This document shows positions 14,111 to 28,296 of a stretch of DNA of 64,000 bases, in pieces (within the stretch, counting starts at the first letter, position 1; every line of letters starts with the position of its first letter). The notes beneath the pieces are model-generated. The model made no database searches. It was given only the letters and a program-made list of their open reading frames with translations, and was not told the origin of the DNA. The stretch is from the human T2T-CHM13v2.0 reference genome, Homo sapiens. The stretch is from assembly GCF_009914755.1 (NCBI RefSeq), contig NC_060925.1. One strand, written 5' to 3'. Both the position numbers and the translations under genes were made by a program.

Positions 14111-15259
14111 CAAGCGAAATTGAGATTCCATCAGCCAGGAAGAAGGGGTAAGGATGATGAATATTGGGTAGGCACATGATAGGGGTTGTCACAAGTTTTA
14201 AGATGCTTTCAATTAGTAAATAACTGTCAAGATTACCTTTTGTTTTCACCTGCCCAGTCTCCATTGTGCCTCCTTCAGAAACACACACTGGGTTTTCTTT
14301 GGGTGTGAAGGGGCCTCTGTGTCCATCATTCCAGTGTGAGCACATGATCTGAGCCCGGTCAGTGAGGTTTAATTTCAGGACTTTGGTTGGAACTCTTGGG
14401 AAAGACAAGTTCTCCCTGACCTGGGGTGTTTGAAAAGATAACATGCTAGCCTGGAATTGTTGGGGGCTATTTTACCTGCCTACCTACCTGAATGAATGAA
14501 TGGTTGACTGAATTAAGCTGACACAAAGGGGTGGTAGAGGGATGAGGAGAGGAGAACAGAGGGATGGTGAGAAACTTGGTCCAAATGAAATTGCTTGAGA
14601 CCGGTATGCAGCTGTGACAGATGATTCAGTTACATGACATAATAAATCTTTCCCTCATCCCCCACCTTATTTTTTTCTTTTGTATGTAAGTTAGTTTGAG
14701 TTGCAAAAGATTACTGACAGGAATGGTACCTAGCAATGGAGTGTTACAAGTAATAGACCCTAAAATGTGGATTGGCAAATTGCAGGTAGAATGGAAGGCA
14801 ATAAAGTTCTCCTATCCCTGGCTAAGAAGTTGGCAGTCTTTGTTATGCTCCGATAAAGCATATTAAATTGTTGCCTGTTCTCCCTTAGGACTCACAGCAT
14901 GTGCCATTGGAGATTGGATCATTAAAGTACTTGATAGAACTTGTCAGGCTGTGGAGTGTGTAGGCTACTTCCTGAAGTTCTTAGTGAGTTCCTATGAGAA
15001 AAAGACAAGCTTCTATCATCTGAAAGTTAAAAAAAAAGAAAAATGTGTCTTTGATAAAAGAAGTCCTTTCTCTTTTGGTAACTGAGAGCCAGACAACACT
15101 GTACTTTGCAGGGTTGGAAAAAATGAGTTCTCTGTTACATGATGAAACTCATTCCAGCAAAGACAGAGACACTGGAAACAGAATAGAAGATACTACTAAA
15201 ATTGGGAAGGAGCTGGAGTCTGATTTTGACTCCTCCAGGACAGATGACAACCATCCTCG

Positions 15260-16540
15260 GGGTTATCAAAAGTTGTCACTGCAGAGTGAAAGCCCAAGCC
15301 ACAGGTGGGAGAAGGTATTGCAGCGTGTCTAACTGGTAAAGTGCTCCTATCTGGAATACACAAACAACTCCAGCAAATAAATCAGTAAATCACAAAAGGA
15401 CAGTCAGTTCAATAGAATAGTGAGAGGAAGAGATTGACAGGGCATTTCACAACAGATGACAATGAACAGGAAAAGTGCTCAGCCTCACCTGTCATCAGGG
15501 ACATGCCTGGAAACAGCAAGGAGATCCCACTACACATTCTAGGAGAACAGCTAAAACCTAAAAAAACAACTGATCATATCAGTGTTAATGAATATGTGGA
15601 ACTGTTGGAACCCTCATCCTCTGCTGGTGGGAGTATAAAGAGGCCCACATACTTTGGAAAACAGTGTGGCATTATCTATTAAAGGCAAATGTATGCATAT
15701 CTTACTACAAAGCAATTCCACTCCTAGGTCTATGTGTGCGTATGTGTAAGAAAAAACACAAAAAATGTGCTGGCTTGGTGCCATGGCTCAAGCCCTTAAG
15801 CCCAGTGTTTTGGGGAACCTGAGGCAGGAGTATTGTTTGAGACCAGGAATTCGAGACCAGCCTGGGCAACATAGGAAGACTCCATCTCTACAAAAAATAA
15901 AAAATAAAATTAGATGAGCATGGTACTGTGTACTTGTAGTCCTAGCTACTTGGGAGGCTGAGGCAGAAGGATCGCTTGAGTGCAGGAGTTCAAGGTTATA
16001 GTGAGCTATGATTGGGCCACTGCACTCCAGCCTGGGTGACAGAGAGGGACCCTGTCTCAAAAAAAAAAAAAGTTCTTAGCAACATTGTTTATAATAGTCC
16101 CAAATTGAGAAAACCTAAATACCCATCAACAGCAGAGTGGGTAAATACGTTGTGGTGTAGTTTTGCAATGAACACTTTGTAAATACACAGAACAAACTAT
16201 TGCTATGTGCAACAACATGAAATAATCTTGCAGATATAATTTTGAGTGAAAGAAGCTTGATATGATGAAATACCATAGAGTCTCATTTATGTAAGACTCA
16301 AGACCAGGCAAAATGAATATATGGTGTTAGAACTCAAGTGAATGGAGACCTTTGAGGACAGGGGAAAGGGTTGGTGATAGGAAGGGGAAAAGAGGGGCTT
16401 CTGAGGTCCTGGTTTTGTTCTATTTCTCAACCTGGCGATGGTTACACAGAGGTGCTTACTTTGTGATGATGTGTGTGGGCTGTAAGATGTGTGATCTCTG
16501 CACTTCTCTATATGTGTGTTACATGTCAATAAAAATGTTA
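15260..16540 (+). mobile_element. old L1M 3' region interrupted by Alu
   Basis: ggaaccctcatcctctgctggtgggagtataa...gcaattccactcctagg; 3' end tcaataaaaatg. Confidence 0.75.
15768..16071 (+). mobile_element. AluJ
   Basis: Diverged dimer plus A tail. Confidence 0.9.
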
Positions 16541-19339
16541 AAAAGTCTCCTAATCATAGACTATGGAGGAAGAGATGGCTGTGAGAGTACAAATCAGTGA
16601 TTCATTAAAATAATAATTATCCCTGAGCTACAGGGCAAGAGGCACATTAGTAGGGCCTCCCCATTCCAGGCTGTAGTTTGAATTTCACTGATGCAGAGGT
16701 TAAAGTGGAGGCCATTAAGCTGAGAAGGAGGATGGAGCCCTGAGGCTGCTGCTAAGAAACAAAACTCCCAGGCCAGAGTCTAGATGAGGACACTGTCTCT
16801 TGCTTTGCCTAATGTCCCATGAAATGACCAGATGCAAATGGACTGAAAAAGTACTAAGTTATAAACTTCTTAGGGAATTGCTTTGCCAGAAAACTCCCAG
16901 CATGATTAAAAAGGGCCTCTGGTCAGCCCAAGGTAAACCCCTGCTCCCAAATCTGCACCATCTGGAAATGGGTCACTAAAGGATCCTCCCAGGGTCCCAC
17001 CTCAGATGTGGAAATGGAGGACGACTGGCAAAGGGGACCCTCTCAGAGGGCAGAACCAGGGTTGTCAGATCGGCTGGTCAAGGACCTCAGTCCCCTGCTA
17101 GTGTGAGTCCTTGCTGTTCTTGTCCAACAGACCATGATGTACATAAAGGACTGGTGATCACAGTAGGCTGTTTCCCCTTCTCATTTCCAAATGGGAAATT
17201 CTGTTATATTCTGCTATTTTCTCTTCTGTCTTATATACTGAGTGTGTTGGGTTGGTTTACATTTATCCTTTAGCCTCTAGGGTATCAAACTATGAATTGC
17301 TATATACAGATCACCTTGATAGATATCTGTATGACCTTGAGATCTTGGTTTTGGAGCTGGGTGCAAAAACAGGGGCATAATTTTGGGTTGTCTATGACTG
17401 TAGAGGGAATGACTTAGTTTTTGAAAGTATGTAGTATAGTTGCATTGTGTTAGGTAGGGATATTACTGAAATTGAACAAATGCAAAGAAGGATGTGTATA
17501 GAAAATGAGAAGCCAAGGGGTGGGTTGTTGGGTGTATTTGTTATTTTTGCCTTCAAGTATCAATTTCTTCCTCTTATGATAATAGCTCCCTGATTTTCTT
17601 TTGGAGAAACAGTGTCTTCCCAACCGAGATTGTGTGGTTTATCCCTTTCCCTTGATCACAGTGGTTGATTCAGAGATAGGCAAGTGACTCAGACCAGGAG
17701 CCCAAGCGATGAGATCAGATTCCAGAACATTTGAGAATCTCCTGGGAGAGAAGAGTTCCCTTTGCACTGATGCTGTTAGACTATAGGATATAAATCTGTA
17801 GCGGTTGGGTGCTCTCTTGCCATTACATAGGAAGTATCCGCCTAAATGTAGCCATTCAAGATGAAAACAAAGCAGGAAAAAAAGAGAGACCAAGTTTGAT
17901 GTTCTAATCTAAGCTCTCATGGCAATTACCCTCCTGTATGTTTTAGTTGCACGGACCCCACAAATCTCATATTTTGCTTGAGATCACATGAGTTGGGTTT
18001 CTGAAACTTTCAACTGAGAATCTTATAATTGCGACCAGCTATGGGAAATGCACAAACACTTCCGTGTGTTTTGCATATATTTGGTGTCATGCAACTTTTA
18101 ACTAAATGAAAGGAGAGTGGCTTTTACTGAAATGCCTAAGTTGCAGGCATTAACCCAGTGGGGGAAGACCTAGTTGAGTATATTCTTTCATTTCCTTGCT
18201 TTGGCATCCAAGGCTTGGGAGCAGTCCATATCAGGAATTCATTGCTCAGGTCCGCATAGCTTGTTTTTCCCTCCTCCCAAGTGAAGAGCATCAGACCTTC
18301 CACAGTCAGGGTGTGTCCTTGTGAATTTCCAGCTGAGCCAGCTCACTGACGCATGGATGCCACAATGATGGCAGTATTTTCTGCTCTACACGCACATGTA
18401 ACAGCAGTGTGTTCTACCCAGGAAATGGGGGGTGGAGGCAGTAGCTTTGTGGGCCATCACCCTTGGGCCTAGGATAGCATGGAATATAGCAAGATCTGTG
18501 GTGTTCAAGGGTCAGGGATGTGTATTAGATTCAGTCTGAGTCACAAGTAGGTGAAACAGTGAGATTAGGGAAGGATGGAATCCTGGGAGTACGAATGGAA
18601 GGAGCCAAAAGCTGAGGAGATGGGGGTATCAGAATAAGATCCAGGAAATACAGAATAAGAGTTAGAAACTGGCCAGGCAGAGGAGCCAGGAGACAGAGAT
18701 GCTCTAAGGAGGCACTGGACAGGCCTGCCATACACTGGAGAATGGAGTTTGTGCTGCTTGAGGGTATGTTGAAGGGTTTGCCTGAGCTATGTGCTACCAC
18801 TAAGGTATCACCATGCCTGGTGAGCTCTGCGGGGTTCTCTCTCATCCTCTGCTTCAGCTGGGCACTGTGTCACATGTATGTGCTCTGGATCAGAGACCAG
18901 AATGGGAGCACAGCAGATTCACTTAACTACAGTTACATTTGCTGGTTTTTTCTATTACAAATGTATGAATTTTATCCTCCTACAAAACTTCAAGTCAAAA
19001 CTCCTCCTCAGCATCTGGCTAACCAGGCAAAAGTAGGTGCTTTCTAGGGTCTGAATGTTGGTGTCCCCCCAAATTCATATTTGAAACTGAATCCCCAATG
19101 TGATCGTATTAAGAAGTTAGGTCTTTTGGGAAGTGATTAAGCCACAAGGGCAAACTAATGAACCATGAATGGGATTAGTGCCCTCGTAAAAGACTGAAGG
19201 GAGCTTTTTTCCCCCTTTGTGCCATGTGAGGACACAGCAACAAATTACCATCTGTGAAGCAGAGAGCTCCCACCAGACACCGGAGCTGCTCGTGCCTGAG
19301 CTTGGACTTCATGCCTCTGGAATGGTGAGAAATAGATTT

Positions 19340-19446
19340 CTTTTTTGGGGGTGGGAGAGCAGATTCACTTTATTTATTTATTTATTTTTTGCAAAGCAGC
19401 ATGTATTTGGAGGGCTTTAGGTCTCAGTATTACAAATTATCTCCAT
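19340..19446 (-). pseudogene. short poly(A) retro-insertion of unidentified RNA 3' end
   Basis: TSD tgagaaata(g/a)attt, T tract at left, AATAAA on the minus strand upstream of the tail. Confidence 0.55.
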
Positions 19447-19507
19447 TGAGAAATAAATTTTTGTTGTTTATAAGCTACCTAGTCTAAGGCATTTTGTTAT
19501 AGCAGCC

Positions 19508-19904
19508 TGTATTCGGTCATTCTTTCATTGCTACAAAGAAACACCTGAGACTGGGTAATTTATAACAGGTTTAACTGGCCCATGGTTCTGCAGGCTGTAC
19601 AGGAGGCATAGCGATGGCTTCTGCTTCCGGGGAGGCCTCTAGAAGCTTCCAATTATGGTGGAAGGCAAAGCGTGAGCCTACACATAACATGGTGAAAGAA
19701 GGAGCAAGAGAGAAGCGGAGAGGGGGCCACACACTTCTAAACAACCAGGTCTCATGAGAACTCACTCACTATCACGAGGAAGCACTAAGCCATTCATGAG
19801 GGCTCCAGCCCCATGACCCAATCACCTCCCATCAGGCCCGCCTCCAACATTGGGGATTATATTTCAACCTGAGATTTGGCGGGTACAAATATCCGACAAT
19901 GTCA
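19508..19904 (-). mobile_element. MSTA/MSTB solo LTR
   Basis: cacctgagactgggtaatttata...ggttctgcaggctgtacagg; 5-bp TSD cagcc. Confidence 0.9.
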
Positions 19905-20548
19905 CAGCCGAAACAGACTAAGACAGGGCTGAAAAAACTTGATGAGCGTGAGTGCTCACTGTGTGTATATGCAAAGTGTGTGGGGGACAGGTGCTTGGGG
20001 GGACATGAAGATGAACCCTGCACAGATCTTGCATACCAGGGGCTTGTACTGCTGAGGGAGGCATCACAGGGGCTCTAGCCTGCTGTCAATCCTGTGCCCT
20101 ACTGACATTGTAAATAACCGCATTTATCACCCATCTGTTCAAGGAATTGTGTGAGCCACTAAGGTAATTTTTTAATTCCAGAAAGAGAGAAAATACTGTT
20201 TCTTACTGCAGGAAACTTTATTTTCTTCACTTCACAAAAGCACCAGTGAAACGGCTGTTGAATAAAATTGTGAACTTTGCCTGATGGGTGTCACTAAGGC
20301 AGCAGATCCTAAAACAGGGGCTGGCGTGTGCTCATATCAGGCTGTTTGATGAACACTTTGCTACCAGTTACTCCACTCTGTATTTATAGCACAACATGAT
20401 TTTACTAAAACCCTACGATGGAATCTTATGCAGAATTTTATGCAAAGTAGTTTCTAAAAAGACTTTTAAAGTCATGGAAAATTGGCTTGGATACAATGTT
20501 AGGCAATAAAAACAGGACTCATATATAGAGTTTGTAAAAAAAAATATA

Positions 20549-20662
20549 TTTGAGATGATGGATATCCTAATTACCCTGATCTAATCACTGTACATTAGAT
20601 GCATCAAAACAATAGTATGTACCCAATAAATATATAATTATGTGTCAATTACAAATATAAAA
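20549..20662 (+). mobile_element. L1MA 3' end fragment
   Basis: gatgatggatatcctaattaccctgat...tatgtacccaataaatatata. Confidence 0.7.
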
Positions 20663-20799
20663 GTATCAAAATTATATATGTGTATGCATATACATATATC
20701 TATATCTATACAATAATAATACTTCTTTTAAAGTATATCTGAATAGCTGGATCCGTATCTGTATATGTACACACACATAAGAGTTCAAGGAAAATCCTG

Positions 20800-21110
20800 G
20801 GCTGGGTGCAGTGGCTCATGCCTGTAATTCCAGCACTTTGGGAAGCTGAGGTAAGAGGATTGCTTGAGGCCAGGAGTTCAAGACCAGAGTGGGCAACATG
20901 GCAGGACCCCCATCTCTATAAAAAATACAAAAAATTAGCCAGGTCTGGTGGCACATGCCTGTAGTTTGAGCTACTTGGGAAGCTGAGGTGTAAGGATTGA
21001 TTGAGCCTGGGAGGTCAAGGCTGCAGTATGCTATGATCATGTCACTGCACTCCAGCCTGGGTGACAGTGCAAGGCTCTGTCTCTAAAACAATAAAATAAA
21101 ATTAACAAAA
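20800..21110 (+). mobile_element. AluJ
   Basis: Full dimer plus tail. Confidence 0.92.
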
Positions 21111-21116
21111 TGCCTA

Positions 21117-21438
21117 TTTTTTGAAATTTTATTTACTTATTTATTTATGTATTTTTAAGAGACAAGATCTTATTATATTGTACAGGTTGGAGTGCAGTGG
21201 TGTGATCATGGCTCACTGTAGCCTTAACCTCCTGAGCTCAAAGGATCCTGCTCCCTTAGCCACCTGAGTAGCTGGTACCATGGTGGGCATCACCACACCT
21301 AGAAAATTAAAAAAATTTTTTTAGAGAGTTGGGGGTCTCGCTTTGTTGCCCATGCTGGTCTTGAACTCCTGGCTTCAAGTGATCCACCTCAGCCTCCTGG
21401 AGTGCTGGGATTACAGGCATGAGCCACAGCAGCTGGCC
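21117..21438 (-). mobile_element. AluJ
   Basis: Reverse dimer; TSD aatgcct. Confidence 0.9.
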
Positions 21439-23386
21439 AATGCCTGGTGCTAATAGTAGTTAACATTTAGGTCATAGAGTTACAGGCAATTTGGGTTTTC
21501 TTCCTTTGTATTTTCAAATTTTCTATAATGATTATGTGTTGTTTTTCTACATGATTATATTTTATGGTCACAATATAAAGACAAATTCATTTTTAAAAAG
21601 AATTACCTGAAACCTATGAACAATAATAATGTATTTGACAATGTCCCATGTGGAGCATATCACAAATATCCTACATTTTAGAGACTACCCAACTTGCGCG
21701 TGGTCATTTAGGAAGCTAATGGTGGGATTAAGAATTGAATTTGGAGAATGTTGAGGTTCTTTGCTGTCTTCCTGACAGCCCTTGCCCATGTGCTTATGGT
21801 AGGCAGACTGCTGGCATCACTGTTTCATGGCCTGTGTACCATTTGGGGGAAGAGGAGATGGACACTGTGAGGGCGAGTCAGCCGGGGCAGCCTCCCCCAG
21901 GCAGCTCTCCCTGCTCCCACCGGAAATGGGAAAGCAGGGTGAGTCATAGGTCAGGTGGCCTCCTGCATCTTGATTTCCAGCTTGTTTAAGTTTGTAAGTT
22001 CAGAGCAGCTGTTCAGCTTTGTTCTTACTTTGTTTGTGTTACACTGGTATCCAGTCATCCATTGGCACAGAGACACAGTTTCTACTTTGATACAATCTGT
22101 GTCAGCCTGGCAGTTAATTTATTTAGCAGCATCTTAAATTTTTTTGTTTTTGCATAAAATCCAGCTCCTGCAGGATATTTATCAGCATCTTTGCAAGAGA
22201 GGATGAATTCAAAATAAAGTACAAGAGAAGAAACATTCAGGTATGAGCAGTGGAGGGATGCATAATTATATTATTCCATCTTACCAGGCCGGGGGTTTTG
22301 ATGTGACACAAGGATGCTATCAAAGTAGTCAATATTAGCAAAAAGAGAGGGCTGTTTTGGACATGTGCTGCTCCGAATGACCAGAAGGACCTATAGCCTC
22401 CTCTAGATTCACACACAACCCTAGTGAACTTATGCTGCCCCTTCCAGGTGAAACTCAAATGCTAATGGGGGCAGTTGGTAGGATAGGACATACAAGGTGG
22501 GGAGGCAGAGAGGGAAGGTTATTTTCCAGTGCTCATGTGAGTGGGAACTGATAAGGGACTCCATGGGGAAAATGAAGAAACGCTTTGTATATTCCTCTGA
22601 ACTCTAGTTAGGCCTAACCTGCTAAAAGTCAGACTTTGTTTCTGATAACGGGCTGTACCTTCATGCCCTTGTAGGTGTAATGGCCATAACGAGGGGTTAG
22701 AGACTTTGTCCTGAATTTTTAAATGCTGATATAGGCATGGGAACCAAGACTTTTTGGCCAACATGGACCCGAAGATCCATGGAGGGGAGCCAGCTTGGTA
22801 TTGCTGAGGGCTTGCTATGTACTGGCATTGCTGAGCACCTGCTGTTTGCTGCCCTTACATCATGCTGTGGAGGCATGGAAAACAGTCTGCCTTCTGGGGC
22901 AGGAGAGGGCTGCACTTCTGGGAAGTCTGGAACCTGGGCAAAGCTTCACCAAACACATGCTCTGCAGTTCCCTGGGTCCCAAGGTAAGGTCGTTTCCAGG
23001 AGGAATGCCGGAGGGGACTAGAGAATATGCTGTAAAATCTTGTTTGTGTAAATCATCATGTAGTATTATATTTTGTTTGTGCAGTTTCCATGTGCCTCCA
23101 TTCAGGAATTATTTCTCAATTATTTATTATGTACAGAGTAAATTAAGTCCCATTAGTCAAGTCTCAAATTGCATTTGGCTGTTCCATTGTAATTACTCCT
23201 AGGTTATCATTATCAATATTAACTAAAATTTGTGTGTTCTAGGCTTTAGAGCTTAGGAACCACTTTCATGCACAGCATTACATTTAATACAGCAAGCCTG
23301 TGAAGTGGGGATTAGTATCCACACTTTACAGATGAAAGGAGTGAGGCTGAGACACATCCAAAACTACACAGCTCTCAAGATGCTGA

Positions 23387-23716
<330 letters not shown>

Positions 23717-23989
23717 AAACCCTACATTACTTACTGTAAACCCAGCATTATTTCCATCACATCATTCCATGACTCTCCTTTTTTCCCCCCTAGGATAAAA
23801 TAAAGCTTTTCCTGGGCTAGCTGAATAGAGCAGACTTCCTAGGCATGGAACTGGGGGTTCAGGGCGTAGGGCCTCTCTTCATCTTCCAATTTCCTCTTCC
23901 TATCATGTTGATTTGGAGACATCAAGGAGAAAGATTCAGGAATGTGAGAGTGGAGAAAGAGAATAGTGTATTCCAGCTGTAGTCACATC

Positions 23990-25400
23990 AGTGTCTTCAT
24001 TTATTTAGTAACCATTAATAAATACCTCCTGTATGCCAAATACTGCCCTAGGCACTGGGGGTACAGTGGGGAAGATGACAGGCATGAACCCTGCCCTCAT
24101 GAAGCCTGGAACTCCATGGAGCCTGGAACTCTATGGGGAAAACAGGGACTCAGTGAGTCATTAGTCACACTACTGAATGTTATGAAGAGGTGCACTGTGT
24201 ACCTTTATATAATACAGGGGTCTAAGATAGGAAGACCCCACCTACGGTGTCTGGAAAGGCTTTCTAGGGAGAGCAGTGTTAAAGCTGAGTGTGGAATTAG
24301 CGAAGTGAAGCTCTAGGTCATAGGGAATGTGTTACTTTTGAAGAGTTGAAAGGCCAAGACAACTGGAATGAGTCAAGGGAGGATTGTAGATCAATGGAGA
24401 TGTGTTGGAACCAGGTTATGCAGAGAATGAAAGAATTTTAGTCTTTATCCTAAGAGTAACGGGAAGCAATAGAAGGATTTTTAGCAGGGGTGTGACATGA
24501 TTGGATTTGAATTTCAAAGTATGAATTTCACTGCACTGCGGAGAATATGTGTGTGAGTTCTGGACCCATCTGTGAGACATCCAAGTGACTGAGGTGGGCA
24601 GCTGGAGCTCAGGAGAGGGTCTGCAGCACAGAGGCAGATGAGAGACAATTGGCACAAATAAAACAAACGAAGTGGAGGAAGTCTATTTGGGGAGATGGTA
24701 GAGAGGCGAGAGAAGGCATTCATTCACTCTATAAACATTTATTGCTCCTGACTGCTGGTGTTCTAGGTACTTGGGTTGAAGAATAAAAAAGACAAAGATT
24801 CCTCCATTGTGGGGCCTGTATTCTAGTAAGGAAAGGTAGACGGTGGGGTGGGAGGGAAGTCAGACAATAAGTAACAGATCTATAGTAATAAAGATGTACT
24901 TATAAGGTATGGTGCAGAAAGACAAAATAGAGGAGGGTAAGGGGAGTGGGAACTCGGGGCATGGGTGGATTGCAATTTTAAATAGAGCGATCAAGGTAGG
25001 TTTTTCCACGAAGGTAAAGGAGAGAGCCACAAACGACCATTTCCCGTGCAAAGGCTCTAGAGAGTGCGAGGAACAGCACAGAGACCCAGTGTCTGGAGCC
25101 AGGAGATGAGGTCAGACAGAAAACAGGAGGTCTGGGCACAGAGGGCCTTGTGGGCTTTGGGTTTTAGTCTGAGATGGGGGAGCCTGTGGAAGGTTTGAAG
25201 AAGAAGGGTGGGATGATGTGACAAGTAAGAGGACCACTCTCATAACTGCGTTAGGAACAGACCTTGTCGAGGGCAAAGTGGAAGCAGCACCAGCAGAGGC
25301 TCTTGCAGTTATCCAGGTGAGAGGTGATGGCGGCTCCCATCTGGGTGGTGGTACTGGAAGTGGGCAGAAGTGGTTGTATTCTGGGCCTGAGATCTAGCTT
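23990..25400 (-). mobile_element. L2 fragments
   Basis: L2 3' ends (cattcattcact...aaacatttattg) and purine-rich antisense body. Confidence 0.7.
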
Positions 25401-26052
25401 GGATCCCATAGGACAACCAACAGGTATTTATTAACATTTGCTAAATTAAGTGGAATAGAATCTACCTAACATAGTCACAAAGTCAGATAATAGAAATATT
25501 TTTGTTTTCAAGACCTTTTAAATGATCTAGGAGATAAAACTAAATGGAGTCAAGAATAACTGCAGGAATAATACCATCACCAATTTGTATCTACTAATGC
25601 TAAATGCTGTAGTAAAGACTTTATATATATCAGGTTGACTGTTTCGCAGCTTTATGTGGTTCAACTTAATATTATCTAAGTTAACCATTGCAACCACCTT
25701 GTGAGTTTAGATTATTCCTATTGTACAGATGAGGACATTGAGGCTCAGGAAGATTCAGTAGAGAAGTGGTGGCAAAGACAATAAAACAAAGGGTATAATG
25801 AAGGACTAAATAGTATCATTTATGTAATAAATATTATGTGAGTCTATTCAGGAGAAATTTATGTGGGCTGGCATCATTCAGGAACCTTCAAGGAACAGAG
25901 AAACCTGAGTCAGGCTGTGAGAAAAGGTTAGACTTTGTTGATTTGTGGAGGTGGAGAGGAGAATTCCAAATAGAGGAAAATGCTCTGGCAAAGTCATAGA
26001 GTTGGGTTACAGATTAAAGTATCAGAGACACCAGCATAGGAAACAGAGCAAG

Positions 26053-26223
26053 AGCATGTCTCTACAAAAAAAAAAATAAAATAAAATTGGCTGAGAGTAG
26101 TGGCGCGCCCTTATATTCCTAGCTACTTGGGAGGCTGAGGTGGGAGGATCACTTGAGCCTAGGAGTTCAAGATTACAATGAGCTCTGAAGAGTGAGAACC
26201 CGTCTCAAAAAAAAAAAAAAAAA
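26053..26223 (+). mobile_element. partial AluJ (right arm, internal deletion)
   Basis: ctagctacttgggaggctgaggtgggaggatcacttgagcc...gtctc plus A18. Confidence 0.8.
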
Positions 26224-26265
26224 TCAGAGAGAGGACAGTCTGGCTGAATTTAAAAGTCTATCTGC

Positions 26266-27048
<783 letters not shown>

Positions 27049-27836
27049 TCTGCTAAGCAAATTACTGTGTGTTGAATGAATGTATGAAATGGATGACATG
27101 TGATTGGATATGAAGAGTGTAAATGTTTGAGACTACTGAGAGTCTGAAATGTCTGGTGGAGTCTGGAAAATGCTTTACCCAGGATGGTAAAACTTGTTCA
27201 TCAAAATGCTGGGAGTTGACTTTATAGGGTGAGGAAATGGAGGATTATGGTTTGTAATTTGGGATTTAAGACTTTTAGATCTTCAATCTGTCTATAGATG
27301 TCCCCAGATTTTTATCTCTCGATTCTATAAAAAATGACTGTTAAAAATACCAGTTGCCAGCTTGGAACACCCAAGCAGCAAGTCTGTGGTCTTAGAACAG
27401 AGATTATTTTTCTTGAGTTAAAGTCTTTGGAAGAAGCAGTAATGGACTCAGCAGAGAAAACATGGAAAAAATCAGTGGTGAGACTAGCATGAACATGGAG
27501 TCCTTTTCTATAACAGGAGAGTCTAAACATAGCTGCTATGATCATATATCACCACAGACAGTGTCTTCCACCTGCACCCCCTCAAGTTTTTTACAAACTT
27601 GACACATTACTTTCCTCACCTTTTCACAGCCGCATTACAGGGGCTGATCCACAATGAACAAGTCCCGGAGGCTGGTCTGTTTTTCCTAAGTACCTCTTGC
27701 CAATCCCCCAGTGGCAGGTGCAGGTGCCACCCTGGCAGGTACTCATCAGCTGTAGGCAGTGTGCCTTGCAGATTCAGCCTCTTCAGAAACACCAGGTACT
27801 CATAGACACCTACCGGCCTATATTTCCACATCTGTC

Positions 27837-28296
27837 TGTTCTGGGCTGAATTGTGTCTGCCCCCAAAAAAGATATGTTGAGGTCCTAACCCCCAGCAACT
27901 CAGATGGGATGTTATTTGAAAATAAGCACTTCACAGATTAAGTGAAGTTAAGGTGAGGTCATTAGGGCAGGCCCTAATCCAATAGGACTGATGTCCTCAT
28001 AAGAAGAGGGGAATCTGGACGTAGACGCAGCGAGGAGAGCATCAAGAGAAGACAGAGACACGCAGGGAGAACTCCATGCCGTGACAGAGGAGGGCTGCAG
28101 CTGCAGCCAAGGGTGCCAGCAAACACCAGGAGCTAGAAGAAGTGAGGAAGGCTCCTCCCCTGCAGGTTTTAGAGGAAGCAGGACCCTGCTGACACCTTGA
28201 CTTCAGACTTCAGACTGCAAGAGAATAAGCTTATGTTGTTTCAAACCATCCAACATATAGTAGTTTGTTACAGCATCACTGAGAAACAAACGGACT
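27837..28296 (+). mobile_element. MLT1B/C LTR
   Basis: gggctgaattgtgtc...tatgttgaggtcctaacccc...ccctgctgacaccttgacttcagacttc. Confidence 0.85.

Larger units (their letters stand above)
14225..18030 (+). mobile_element. ancient ERVL provirus remnant: LTR33-like LTRs (14225-14719, 17526-18030) with internal sequence
   Basis: Two similar LTR starts, tggtacc directly after the 5' LTR, purine tract aaggggtggg before the 3' LTR. Confidence 0.55.
19038..19925 (+). mobile_element. MLT1A/MSTD-type LTR, interrupted twice
   Basis: ctgaatgttggtgtccccccaaattcata...ccatgtgaggacacagc...ends acagactaagaca. Confidence 0.8.

Noticed and set aside
24102-24136. Short tandem duplication agcctggaactc(c/t)atgg
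   Set aside because: Ordinary slippage duplication within L2.
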